Positions 1-9,674 of a DNA stretch of 64,000 nucleotides are shown one piece after another (positions within the stretch are counted from its first letter, which is position 1; every line of letters starts with the position of its first letter). The notes under the pieces are model-generated. The model saw nothing but the letters and a program-made list of their open reading frames with translations, did no database searches and was not told the origin of the DNA. The DNA comes from an uncultured Gemmatimonadales bacterium (lineage in GTDB: Bacteria > Gemmatimonadota > Gemmatimonadetes > Gemmatimonadales > GWC2-71-9). The position numbers and the translations under genes are program-made. The stretch covers positions 1-64,000 of the forward strand of contig CAVSQW010000004.1 in NCBI GenBank assembly GCA_963730185.1. Direction: 5' to 3'.

Positions 1-821
1 ATGGGCTTGCGGTGCAACGGGCCTGCCGGATGGTCGGACTCTCGCGGGCGGCGTTCTATCGGTCCCCACCCGCCGCGCCGCGCGCGATGCCCCTGTGATC
101 GAGGCGCTCCAGGACATGGTGGCCGCCGACCCGCGCTGGGGCTTCTGGAAGTGGTTTGATTGGCTGCGTCTGGTAGGGCATCCGTGGAATCACAAGCGCA
201 TCCATCGGATCTACTGCGCGCTGCGCTTCATCTGCCGCGTCGGACGACGCGGCGAGTCGCCCGGCCATCCGCGCCACCCGTTCGCCGTCGTGCCGGCGTT
301 GAACCAGACCTGGGCGCTCGACTTCATGCTCGAGAGGTTGTACGACGGGCGGCCGATCCGGCTGCTGAACGTGCTCGAGGAAGGCAACCGGGAAGGCCTG
401 GAGATCGAGATGGCTTGTCGCTGCCGAGTGGTCGGGTGGTGCGGGTCCTTGACGAGCTCGGCGACCGTGCACGGGGCACCAGCCGCGGTGCGGATCGACA
501 ACGGGCCGGAGTTCTTCGCGGCCCTTCGTCGCCTGGTGTGCCGCGCCGGCGGTTGCCACTCACTACATCCAACCCGGGAAACCCGATCAGAACGCGTACA
601 TCGAACGCTTCAATCGGAGCTACCGGACGAAGTCCTCAACGCGTGGCTCTTCGGATCCATGGCCGAGGTCCGAGCCCTGGGTGAGGCCATGGCTGCCAAC
701 GTCTACAACCAGGTGCGGCCCCACGACAGCCTCGGCCGGGTGCCGCCCCTCACGTTTCTGCCGAGGCCCACAGCCGCCTGGTAGTCTCTTTCGGACTGTC
801 TCGCTTGACGGGGAGCTTACG
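1..821 (+). mobile_element. IS3-family insertion sequence (IS407-like), right part; OrfB transposase frameshifted; left end outside window
   Basis: OrfB motifs across frames: QRACRMVGLSRAAFYR, PRWGFWK..RLVGHPWNHKRIHRIY, WALDF, RIDNGPEF, YIQPGKP.QNAYIERFNRSYR, YNQVRPHDSLGRVPP. Stop at 782-784, then an IR-like end ggactgtctcgcttgacggggagcttacg (793-821). Confidence 0.9.
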
Positions 822-1296
822 CCTTCGCCTTGGGGGCGTCGAAATCTCGCTAGGCATGCCGGCGGACCGGGCGATTCGGGCCCTGTCCCGTGGCTTCACG
901 CTGACGGAATCGACCCCCGGCTCGGGAGGCTGGATGGTCCTTGAGCGAGACCCAGACTCTCTGTACCAGGTCCGGGGCGTAATCGGGACTGCTCGCGGGG
1001 TCGTGGTGAGTGTGGGGGAATCGCTAACCCCGGACCACCCGACCTCCGTGTCGCTCGGCGAGATGGTCTTCGCGCTACTCGAACGGCTGGGGGCCCAAGC
1101 CGGTGGCCGCTGTCAGATCGTCACTTCACGTCAGGGAATCGGGTCCGGCCAAGGAGTTGGCGACACCTACTTGCAGGCCAAGATCACATGTGGGCAAGCC
1201 GAGGGGAACCTGGGTCTCGTGCAGGGCTCGGACCCCGGCGTGTCACACGAGATGAGCATCCAATTCCTGCTGAGAATCAACAAAGCTCCGAGGTAG
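805..1296 (+). CDS. Hypothetical protein, probably 5'-truncated by the IS
   Basis: 163-codon ORF whose first codon (TTG 805) lies inside the IS end; no family recognised. Confidence 0.45.
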   Translation: MTGSLRLRLGGVEISLGMPADRAIRALSRGFTLTESTPGSGGWMVLERDPDSLYQVRGVIGTARGVVVSVGESLTPDHPTSVSLGEMVFALLERLGAQAGGRCQIVTSRQGIGSGQGVGDTYLQAKITCGQAEGNLGLVQGSDPGVSHEMSIQFLLRINKAPR

Positions 1297-1558
1297 GCTG
1301 CGAATGAGGGGTCGATGGAGTCTCCGGGGGCCTCCTCGGGCGCCTCGGCGGCGCTCGCGATCCGTGGTGGGCGTCCCCTCGCGCCTTAGGTGCCCGTGCC
1401 CGGAGGGGCTCCGTGGGTCTGTCTCGGGTCGGCTTCGTCCCTGACGCCGCCAATCCCGGCACCACCGGCGGAACCACGAACCCGGACCTATCGTGGCGCA
1501 TGGTGGCGCATCATGGTGGTGTTTGGGGGAGCGCGGGCTTCTCCTCGGGTGGGGTCGA

Positions 1559-1601
1559 ACTCATAATGCCGGGGTCGCGGGTTCGAGTCCCGCCCCTGCT
1601 A
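1559..1601 (+). tRNA. 3' fragment of a CAT-anticodon tRNA (Met or Ile2); att-like remnant, not a complete tRNA
   Basis: ctCATaa loop, tgccg, T-arm gcggg-ttcgagt-cccgc, acceptor 3' strand ccctgct plus a. The 5' anticodon-stem strand (expected cggca) reads tcgaa; no D-arm or 5' acceptor strand upstream. Confidence 0.85.
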
Positions 1602-1611
1602 TTGGAGCAAA

Positions 1612-1636
1612 CCGCCCCCGGACCATCCGGGGGCGG
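1612..1636. terminator. GC-rich hairpin after the tRNA fragment (candidate terminator)
   Basis: ccgcccccgga-cca-tccgggggcgg, 11-bp perfect stem, between the tRNA fragment and a convergent gene ending at 1657; weak U-tract. Confidence 0.6.
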
Positions 1637-1656
1637 CATCGCTTGGAGGGCTCGGC

Positions 1657-2022
1657 CTAGTACGCCGTCTGATTGAGGGATTGCAGCAGCGCGTACACCG
1701 CCACCCCACCCACGATCGCCAGCCCGGCCAGCACCGTCTTTCCGAAGTGCTTGTAGCGGGTCGCCACGCCGGTAATGTCCGACACCGCGATGTTCAGGTG
1801 GGCGACCGCCTGCTCGGTCGGCAGCCCGGTGAGGGTGTCGTTCACCACCCTTGGCTGGTAGACCGTCATCACGGTGGAGTCGTGGGTGGTGACCCGCACC
1901 ACCGAGAGCTCCGGGTTGGCCAGCACCTCGGCCGGCGGGGCGGATTGCATCCGCCAGGCCACACAGCCGCTGGTCTGGAGGAGGGTAGCCCCGAGGGCGA
2001 TGCCTAACGCGATCCGCTTCAT
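1657..2022 (-). CDS. Small hypothetical lipoprotein with C-terminal TM helix
   Basis: MKRIALGIALGATLLQTSGC signal/lipobox; hydrophobic C-terminus; ATGA overlap with the upstream gene's stop. Confidence 0.75.
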   Translation of the reverse strand: MKRIALGIALGATLLQTSGCVAWRMQSAPPAEVLANPELSVVRVTTHDSTVMTVYQPRVVNDTLTGLPTEQAVAHLNIAVSDITGVATRYKHFGKTVLAGLAIVGGVAVYALLQSLNQTAY

Positions 2023-4706
2023 TCGGTCTCTCCGGTCCAGAGCGCTTCGGCCCGGGCCTGGTGGCGCCGGGCCGCCTCCAGGCGACCCGTGCGGGCCAGC
2101 ACCTCGGCCTGCCGCCGCTCGGCCGCGGCGAGGAACACTAACTCGTAGGGCGACCGCTGGGCCATGGTCTGCCACCATCCCAGCGCCTCGTTCACCCGAC
2201 CCGCCTCCGCCAGGAGCTCGGCCCGGAGGAACCGCTCGTAGGTGCCGGCGAACAGCGGCGACCCCACGGCGTACTGGAACCACACGTCGCTCCGGCTCCG
2301 TTCCAGCACGGCCAACGCCTCGGCCGCCCGGCCCCGGAGGCGCAGGGTCTCCGCGTCGAGGGTTCGGAGGAGATGCTCCACGATCGCCTCGCCGCCCGCC
2401 GGCACCGGCAACTCGGCCAATGCCTCCGCTTCCTCGGTGACACCTCGGAGGTCCCGCGCCCTGACCCGAAGGAGCCCAAGGAGGTAGCCCCGAAGGTGCC
2501 CATGAAGGCCGTCGTGGAAGGCGAGCGGGATGGACATGCTGGCTCGGAGATCGGCCGGGTCGAGCTCGCGGAGCTCTCCCTCCACCGCGATGCGGTGGGG
2601 TTCGGGCCACTCGGCGAAGGGTAGCGTGGCGAAGAGGCCCCGGACCTCGAGACTCCAGGCTCGCTCGTGGCGGCCGGCCGCGGTCAGGAGCGCCTCCGCC
2701 TGCCGGCGCCGGCCCCGCGCCATCGCGAGATGGGCCAGCATGATCTCGCCCAGGGCCTCGAACTCCACCGACCGGGCCGCGGGCAGGATGCTGCGGGCCA
2801 GCTCCTCGGCTCCGTCCCAGTCGCGGGTGTAGAGCGCCACGTCAGAAAAGGCCCGGGCGATCGCCAGCCCCGGCGCCCTCAGGAGCTCGGCCGACACCTC
2901 GCGTTGCTCGTCGCCATGGCGGAGGGCGTAGGCCCGGAGGGTGCGCAGGCCCAGCGCCTGATCGGCCGTCGGGCTGGCGGCCAGGGCCCGGTCCACCAGG
3001 CTCACCAGCTCGTCGACCCGGCCCTCGAGCGCGGCCAGCCGGGCCAGCTGGGTCAGGGCGCCGATGTGGACCGGATCGAGCGCCAGCGTCCGGGTGAGCG
3101 GCTCGCGGGCCTCGACGATGGACCGGCCCCGGTAGGGATTGGCGTGGAAGAGGAGGTCGCCCAGAAGGAACCAGGGCTCGACGTGCTCGGGAAATCCGAG
3201 GGTCAGTGCCGCGTAGCGCCGCTCCGCTTCGCCGGTCTGACCGGTGAGCCAGGCGTGCTGGGCCTCGAGCAGGAGGCGGTCGTGCTCCGAGAGGCGCTCC
3301 CGGTGCTGGTGGGCCTCGGTCGACGCCTGCCGGGCGGGTCCGGTCAGGGCGCTGGCGGCGAGGGAGGAGGCCAGCCGGTAGTAGGCCAGCGCGAAGCTCG
3401 GGTCTTCCATCGTGGCCCGGCGGAAGGCGTCGAGGGCCTGGAGGTGCCGGCCCAACCGGAACTCGTGCTCGCCCGCGAGATAGGCCTTGAGCGCCGGGAG
3501 CGACGCCGTGGTGAGCGCCGCGAGCCGGGTTAGTCGCTCGGCCGCGCCCTGACTTCGCTCCACCACCAGTCGGCGGACCAGCTCGTCGACCAGCTCGAAC
3601 AGCCCGGCTTCGGTCTCGGCTCGGGCCTCGGCCCGGGCCCGGAGCTTCCCGCCCCGATCGTAGAGGGCCACCCCCGCCTCGAGCCGGCCGCCGCTCTCGA
3701 TCACCGCTCCCACGACGAACTGGCCGGCGCCGAGCCGAGTGGCGATGGCCTGACCGACTTCCACGTCCGGTCCGTTCGCGCTGGGGCCGGCCAGCTCGGC
3801 CGCGAGCCGGAGCACCGTGCGCGAATCGGTGGTCCGGAGGTCGCCGGTGCCGTCCAGCTTGGTGCTCAGGAGGTCGACCATGCCCTCGCTCAGGTAGGCG
3901 AAGGCCGGACCGCCCCGGACCACGAACGGACAGACGGCCACCAGAGTCTCGGCCGCGGCGGTTCCCTCCGCCGGCTCGGTGAGCGGCGGGGTGAGTTGCT
4001 CGCGGAGCCGGGCGGTGAGCCCTTCGAGGGCCGGAATGGGGTCGCTCGCGAGGTCGGTCGCCAGCCGATGGGTCAGGTGCTCGGCCAGGCGGAGCGCGGC
4101 GGCGCGCTCGCCTCGGGCTTCGAGCGCCTCGAACGCCCGGACGGCGGCGTCCTGGTCCTGGGGGGCCAGGTCGATGGCCCGCCGGGCCCACCGGCTGGCG
4201 GCCTCGCCGTCCAGCTCGGCCGACCCGGCCAGAGCCCAAGCGATCCGGGCCGCGTCGTCGCGGCGGCGGGCCCGCTCCCGATCCAGCCAGGCCTCCGCCT
4301 CGGGCGCCCCCTGGACGTAGAAGCCCTCGAGGAAGTCGCCCTGATAGAGGCGCATGGCGCCTTCGCGGTCGCCGTCGTGCACGGCGGCGTCGAAGGCCAG
4401 CGCGTCGCACCAGAGGAGCCCGGCCTCGATCCCCACCTCGTCGTCGCCCCGACCCTCGATGACCTCGCTGCCGCACGCCTGCCGGAGGAAATACAGCGCT
4501 CGGCGAAGGGCGGCGCGGGCGTGGTCCTGATCGAGATCGGGCCAGAAGAGGGCCAGCAGGCTGTCGCGCCGATGGAACCGACCGGGCCGCCCCGTCGCCA
4601 GGTATACCAGCAGGGCGAGCCGTTTGGGCTGCTGGAGCACCGCCCGGACCTCCCGTCCTTCGGCGTCCTCCAAGCCGGCCGCGCCGAGCGTCCGCAGCTC
4701 GATCAT
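2019..4706 (-). CDS. SARP-type wHTH/BTAD regulator with TolB-like segment and TPR repeats (~895 aa)
   Basis: Start MIELRTLG; QQPKRLALLVYLA, RRDSLLALFWP, LRRALYFLR, LYQGDFLEGF, then VAVCPF..GMVDLLS and TPR-like helices (DPSFALAYYRLA). Confidence 0.88.
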   Translation of the reverse strand: MIELRTLGAAGLEDAEGREVRAVLQQPKRLALLVYLATGRPGRFHRRDSLLALFWPDLDQDHARAALRRALYFLRQACGSEVIEGRGDDEVGIEAGLLWCDALAFDAAVHDGDREGAMRLYQGDFLEGFYVQGAPEAEAWLDRERARRRDDAARIAWALAGSAELDGEAASRWARRAIDLAPQDQDAAVRAFEALEARGERAAALRLAEHLTHRLATDLASDPIPALEGLTARLREQLTPPLTEPAEGTAAAETLVAVCPFVVRGGPAFAYLSEGMVDLLSTKLDGTGDLRTTDSRTVLRLAAELAGPSANGPDVEVGQAIATRLGAGQFVVGAVIESGGRLEAGVALYDRGGKLRARAEARAETEAGLFELVDELVRRLVVERSQGAAERLTRLAALTTASLPALKAYLAGEHEFRLGRHLQALDAFRRATMEDPSFALAYYRLASSLAASALTGPARQASTEAHQHRERLSEHDRLLLEAQHAWLTGQTGEAERRYAALTLGFPEHVEPWFLLGDLLFHANPYRGRSIVEAREPLTRTLALDPVHIGALTQLARLAALEGRVDELVSLVDRALAASPTADQALGLRTLRAYALRHGDEQREVSAELLRAPGLAIARAFSDVALYTRDWDGAEELARSILPAARSVEFEALGEIMLAHLAMARGRRRQAEALLTAAGRHERAWSLEVRGLFATLPFAEWPEPHRIAVEGELRELDPADLRASMSIPLAFHDGLHGHLRGYLLGLLRVRARDLRGVTEEAEALAELPVPAGGEAIVEHLLRTLDAETLRLRGRAAEALAVLERSRSDVWFQYAVGSPLFAGTYERFLRAELLAEAGRVNEALGWWQTMAQRSPYELVFLAAAERRQAEVLARTGRLEAARRHQARAEALWTGETE

Positions 4707-4993
4707 GCGCGGCCGAAGCGACGCGGCGGGGGTTGGGCCGAGCGGGGACGAGGCATGGCGAGACGGTGGAAGGGTTGCGACCGGGTGGCGCCGGCTGTGG
4801 AACGTATGGGCCGGACCGGTGGAGTGCAACGCGCCCAGCCAGGCGCGGGGAGCCTCGCGAGTGCAAGAAGCTTCACCCCCGATCGGGCTCGGTTCCTGCC
4901 TTGGCCCGGGGGGCCGGCGTCGGGTCGCCCCGGCTCGATCGTCCAACTTCCCGAAGGCCACGGGATTCCAGCCAGCCCATCGAAGGGGGATCG

Positions 4994-7381
4994 ATGCGCC
5001 GCGCTCTTGCATTCTGCTGCCTCGCCTCGGCCGCGCTCTCCGGATGCGCAGGCCATGACACCACCGGGCCGGTGAATCCGCCACCCCCGCCCGGCACGGT
5101 GCTGCGGTGGTCGGATCCGGCGGCCTGGCCGGACGGGGTCGTGCCGACGGCCGGGGCGGCCGTGACGATCCCGGCCGACCGGAGCGTGCTCCTCGACGTG
5201 AGCCCGCCGGCTCTCAAGAGCCTGACCATCGACGGCACCCTCGAGCTCGACCAACAGGACCTGAGCCTCTCGTCCGACTGGATCCTGGTCCGGGGCACCT
5301 TCCGGATCGGGAGCGAGAGCGCGCCCTACGCCCACAAGGCGACGATCACCTTGACCGGGGTGAAGGACGAGGACGTGAACGGGATGGGCGACAAGGTACT
5401 GGGCGCGGTCGGCGGGACGCTCGAATTTCACGGGGCGCACCGGGTGTCCTGGACCCGGCTCTCGGCCACCGCGGCCGCGGGGGCGACCGAGATCGCGGTG
5501 CTCGACCCGATCGATTGGCGCCCGGGCGACCGGATCGTCGTCGCGTCGACCGATTTCGATCCGCTCCAGGCGGAGCAGGCGGTGGTCGCGGCCGTAACCG
5601 GTCAGCGGGTGACGCTCACGACGCCACTTCGGTACCGCCATTGGGGGCAGCTCCAGACCTACGCCGGCAAGACCCTCGACGAACGGGCCGAAGTCGGCCT
5701 CCTGACCCGGCAGATCGTGATCCAGGGCGACTCGGCCTCGCTCGACGCGGGATACGGCGGCCACATGATGGTGATGCAGGGCGGGGTCGCCCACATCGAG
5801 GGCGTGGAGCTGACCCGGATGGGGCAGGCCCACGAGCTGGCCCGCTATCCGATGCACTGGCACCTCGAGGGCTCGGTCCCGGGGCAATACTTCCGCGACA
5901 ACGCGGTCTGGGAGACCTTCAACCGCTGCGTGACGGTGCACGGCACCAGCGACGCCGTGGTGGCGAACAACGTCTGTTACGAGAATCTCGGCCACGCCAT
6001 CTTCCTGGAGGACGGTGCCGAGACCGGCAACACCATCGAGGGGAACCTGGGCCTGGTGACCCTTCGGCCCACTCCGGCCAACCAGCTGCTCGGGTCGGAC
6101 AACACCCCGGCCACCTTCTGGCTCACCAACCCGGCCAACACCGTCCGGAACAACGTGGCCGCCGGCTCCCAGGGCTTCGGGTTCTGGTACGCGTTCCCGG
6201 TGTCGCCCACCGGGCTCTCGACCGGCTCGCCGCTCCTGCCCCGGTCCACGCCACTCGGCGAGTTTGCCGACAACGTCGCCCACTCCAACAAGAACACCGG
6301 ACTCAATCTCGACAACGGTCCCAAACCCGACGGCACCACCGAGACGGCCCACTACGCCCCGCGGGAGATTCCGGGCGACAACTCCTCGCCCCTGGTCACC
6401 AGCTCCTTCCGGAACTTCACCGGCTACAAGCACAGCGGCCGGGCGGTCTGGCTTCGGGGAAGCCAGCTCCGACTGGTGAACGCGATGCTGGCCGACAACC
6501 ACATCGGGGCCACCTTCGCCTCGAGCGAAACCTTTCTCCAGGACGCCGTGCTGGTCGGTGCCAGCGCCAACTCGGCCACCCCGTTCAGCCGGAACTTCCC
6601 GGTCCGGGGCTACGAGTTCTACGACGGGCGGGTCGGCGCGGAGCGGGTCACCTTCGTGGACTACACCCCGACGGGCAACAACTACATGAGCGCGCTCGGC
6701 TTCAACCGGAAGAACGGCTTCCCGGTGAGCTCGGGGAACTATGCCGACGCGATCACCTTCCAGAACGCCAACCAGGTGTACCTCGAGGATCCCCAGGCCG
6801 ACAAGGACGGGGACAAGGCGGCGGTGATCCTCGACGGCGACGGCTCGCTGACCGGCACCGCCGGCCGGTTCGTGGTCGCCAACAATCCGTTCCTGATCAC
6901 GCCCGGCTGCGTCCGGCACGACGCCTGGAACGCCTGGGAGTGCGCCGACCGGTTCGTGAACATCCGGGTCCGGGGCGCCAACGGCCAGACCGTGGCGCCG
7001 CTCGACCTCCGCCGGGACGACGGCGCGACCGGGCAGTTCGTCGGGGTGCCGGGCCAGCCCTCGCAGGTCTCGGCGTCGGTGGTGAGCGGGCGCCGGTACG
7101 ACGTGACCTTCGGGGGCGGGGTACCGAGCCAGCCACAGCTGTATGCCTACGGGCTCGGGGCCGGCGACTTCATCCGGATCTCGTTTCCGTATCCGACCGG
7201 CGGGATCGACGTGATCCGGGATTACTACAGCGGGCACCCGATCGTGGCGGCGGCGAGCCTGGCGGCGCTGGATGCCGGAAGCGGCGGCTACTATTACGAC
7301 GCCGGCAGCGGCTTGCTGCATTTCAAGCTGATGGCGCAAAGCGGGCGGGACTGGGCGACTCTGTTCGTCGTGCCTCGGTAG
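4994..7381 (+). CDS. G8-domain/parallel beta-helix lipoprotein, TMEM2/CEMIP-like
   Basis: Lipobox ALSGC; G8 start WSDPAAWP..VP; RAEVGLLTR, LARYPMHWH, FNRCVTVHGT, GHAIFLEDG, FWLTNPAN..NNVAAGS.GFGFWY, PLGEF.DNVAHSN. Confidence 0.88.
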   Translation: MRRALAFCCLASAALSGCAGHDTTGPVNPPPPPGTVLRWSDPAAWPDGVVPTAGAAVTIPADRSVLLDVSPPALKSLTIDGTLELDQQDLSLSSDWILVRGTFRIGSESAPYAHKATITLTGVKDEDVNGMGDKVLGAVGGTLEFHGAHRVSWTRLSATAAAGATEIAVLDPIDWRPGDRIVVASTDFDPLQAEQAVVAAVTGQRVTLTTPLRYRHWGQLQTYAGKTLDERAEVGLLTRQIVIQGDSASLDAGYGGHMMVMQGGVAHIEGVELTRMGQAHELARYPMHWHLEGSVPGQYFRDNAVWETFNRCVTVHGTSDAVVANNVCYENLGHAIFLEDGAETGNTIEGNLGLVTLRPTPANQLLGSDNTPATFWLTNPANTVRNNVAAGSQGFGFWYAFPVSPTGLSTGSPLLPRSTPLGEFADNVAHSNKNTGLNLDNGPKPDGTTETAHYAPREIPGDNSSPLVTSSFRNFTGYKHSGRAVWLRGSQLRLVNAMLADNHIGATFASSETFLQDAVLVGASANSATPFSRNFPVRGYEFYDGRVGAERVTFVDYTPTGNNYMSALGFNRKNGFPVSSGNYADAITFQNANQVYLEDPQADKDGDKAAVILDGDGSLTGTAGRFVVANNPFLITPGCVRHDAWNAWECADRFVNIRVRGANGQTVAPLDLRRDDGATGQFVGVPGQPSQVSASVVSGRRYDVTFGGGVPSQPQLYAYGLGAGDFIRISFPYPTGGIDVIRDYYSGHPIVAAASLAALDAGSGGYYYDAGSGLLHFKLMAQSGRDWATLFVVPR

Positions 7382-7471
7382 CCGAGTGCCCTGAGCGCCT
7401 CGCCTCGCGACGACGAAGCCCACCGCCCGCCCGGCGAAGCTCTCCGCCGTCCGTCAGAAAGACCGGGTGGC

Positions 7472-8779
7472 TCAGGCGGCGCGGACCGCCGGGGATGGAG
7501 GGAAGGCCCGGCGAAGCGACACCACCCAGGCCAGCGACGCCAGGGCGAAGAGCGCGGCGCCCGCGAGCAGTGGGGCGTCGCCCCGACCCATCGCCGCCAC
7601 GGTCAGGGCCGCGAGACCCAGCACCGCGAGCCGGACCACCTCGCTCACGGCGGCCCAGGCCCGACCCTCGAGCACGGCGCCGACGTTGCTGAGGGTGAGG
7701 GCGAGGTAGAAGACGCCCGCCAGGGTCTGGCCGACCGGCAGCGACGACGCGGCGCCCAAGAGCGCTACCGACGCCACGAGCGCCACGGCGAACTGGACCA
7801 GTCCATAGGCCTTGAGTCCGCGCGGAACCGACGGGTCGTACTTCACGAACCTGTCCGCCGAGACCGGGCGGGGCCGCTCGGTCGGACCTACCTCAGCCGG
7901 CTTCCAGCCGGGGTGGCCGAACACGATCCGGACCTTGTCGCGCCAGCGGGTGGCGCGCCGGACCCCGCGGCCGATGTCGGAGAAGACGTGGAGGTTGGCC
8001 CAGACCGGGTTCCAGCTGGCCAGGGGATGGGTGATGCCGTAGACCGGGGCCGCCACCTCGGGCTCGAACGTCCCGAAGAGCCGGTCCCAGACGATGAACA
8101 CCCCGGCGTAGTTCTTGTCCTGATACTCGGGGTTCACCCCGTGGTGGACCCGGTGGTGCGAGGGCGTGTTGAGCACGGCCTCGAGCGGGCGGGGAAGCCG
8201 GTCCACCTCGCGGGTGTGGATCCAGAACTGGTAGATCAGGTTGAGTCCGTGGCAGACGACCCACATCATCACCGGCACGCCCAGGAGCGCCAACGGCAGG
8301 TAGAAGACCCAGGTGAAGAGCCCGTGGAGGCTCGACTGCCTGAGGGCCACGGTCAGGTTGTACTCCTCGCTCGAGTGGTGGACCACGTGCCCGGCCCAGA
8401 GCAGGTTGACCTCGTGGGAGTAGCGGTGGGTCCAGTAGTAGGCCAGGTCGTCGAGCAGGAACACGCCGGCCCAGCTGGCCAGGGCAAGCCCGTCGATCCC
8501 GAGCCCGAAGGGGCCCGAGCCGTGGGGGAAGGGCGGGCGCTCGATCCACGCCGGCACCGCGAGCCAGTGCTGGATGGCGAACCGGCTCTGGACCCACCCG
8601 AACAGGGCGATGGTGGCGAGCGCAACGAAGATCCCGGTCAACTGGCTCAGGATGCCGCAGCTCAGATCGCTGATCGAGTCGCTCAGCCGGTAGACTTGCT
8701 GCCGGCGCAGCCGGGCGACGACCAGCTCCAGACCGATCAGGAGGAAGAAGAGGGGGATCGAGGCTTGAATGACGTCCAT
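7472..8779 (-). CDS. Sterol desaturase/fatty-acid hydroxylase family, alkylglycerol monooxygenase-like
   Basis: His boxes HRYSH, HVVHHSSEEYNLTVALRQ, YQFWIHT, TPSHHRVHHG, DKNYAG..WDRLFGTF; C-terminal TM extension. Confidence 0.9.
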   Translation of the reverse strand: MDVIQASIPLFFLLIGLELVVARLRRQQVYRLSDSISDLSCGILSQLTGIFVALATIALFGWVQSRFAIQHWLAVPAWIERPPFPHGSGPFGLGIDGLALASWAGVFLLDDLAYYWTHRYSHEVNLLWAGHVVHHSSEEYNLTVALRQSSLHGLFTWVFYLPLALLGVPVMMWVVCHGLNLIYQFWIHTREVDRLPRPLEAVLNTPSHHRVHHGVNPEYQDKNYAGVFIVWDRLFGTFEPEVAAPVYGITHPLASWNPVWANLHVFSDIGRGVRRATRWRDKVRIVFGHPGWKPAEVGPTERPRPVSADRFVKYDPSVPRGLKAYGLVQFAVALVASVALLGAASSLPVGQTLAGVFYLALTLSNVGAVLEGRAWAAVSEVVRLAVLGLAALTVAAMGRGDAPLLAGAALFALASLAWVVSLRRAFPPSPAVRAA

Positions 8780-8885
8780 CGTGCCCCGAAAGATCGGGTC
8801 GGCGCGCGGGATGGGGCAAGGTGGGTGGCGGGCCGGCCCTTTCCGACCCGCACCACCCGCGTGATCTCTACCTCGCTTGGCAGGC

Positions 8886-9656
8886 CTACCGGGCGGGGAA
8901 GTCGGTCAAGACCAGCCGGTATTCGTTCCGGGCCCGGTCGTAGTGGCCGCGAATGGTCCTCGGGTACCGGACGCCCGCCGGCAGGTGGGCCACGGCGGGG
9001 ACCGTCATCGTGAAGTCCTGCTTGGCCAGGAGCCGAGCCCGGGCCACCATGGGCTCGACGAAGATCGCTTGCCCACCGTAGTACCCGACCAGCGGGCTGG
9101 CGCCGAACGGGTCGGTCGCCGCCAGATCGGACGTCGACACGGCGTGCATGCCCATCTTCGGCACACAGAGTCCCACCAGCGTTCCCAGGTCGGGAATCTC
9201 GACGTCGGGCAGGGCGAAGCCAGCCGGGATGCCGGCCGGTTTGGTGTGGTCGCTGCAATCGATCGCGTCCACCTTGGCCGGGGCGAGGTTGTAGAAGTGG
9301 AAGTCGAAGTGCGGCGTCAGGAAGGTCGCCGGCGGGTGGCCGTGCCCTTCCCAGTTGATTCCCAAGTGGTCGAGACCGAAGGCCTCGCGCGCCAGGCCGG
9401 GAAGCGGCACCGAGCCCAGCTCGACCGGCGGCCAGTGCATCGGCGCGGCGTCGGGGACGGCGGTGACGAGGGCCAGCGGAATGGCGGCGTCGATCTCGAT
9501 CGGGGTGCCGGCCTGGCTCACCACCCAGGTGCAGACGGACGAGCCGAGGACGGTGGCGCAGGTCCGGGCAGGAGGACGGCTCGACGGGAGGGCGGCGGTC
9601 GTGGCGAGGAGGGCGAAGCCGGCCAAGGCGACGGGGGCAGCGCGGAGGGCGAACAT
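8886..9656 (-). CDS. Secreted His-rich protein, DUF5602-like
   Basis: Signal peptide; HLGINWEGHGHPP, PHFDFHFY, VPKMGMH, IFVEPM motifs. Confidence 0.7.
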   Translation of the reverse strand: MFALRAAPVALAGFALLATTAALPSSRPPARTCATVLGSSVCTWVVSQAGTPIEIDAAIPLALVTAVPDAAPMHWPPVELGSVPLPGLAREAFGLDHLGINWEGHGHPPATFLTPHFDFHFYNLAPAKVDAIDCSDHTKPAGIPAGFALPDVEIPDLGTLVGLCVPKMGMHAVSTSDLAATDPFGASPLVGYYGGQAIFVEPMVARARLLAKQDFTMTVPAVAHLPAGVRYPRTIRGHYDRARNEYRLVLTDFPAR

Positions 9657-9674
9657 GGCGATTCTCCAGGGCGG

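Noticed and set aside
1500..1601. Complete functional tRNA-Met/Ile2
   Set aside because: No D-arm, 5' acceptor strand or 5' anticodon-stem strand.
4703..7423. Long antisense or alternate-frame ORFs (e.g. 4703-7423 -, 56837-60088 +, 28462-30372 +, 57861-59990 -)
   Set aside because: Shadows of real high-GC genes; Arg/Pro/Gly-rich or antisense-biased with no family motifs.
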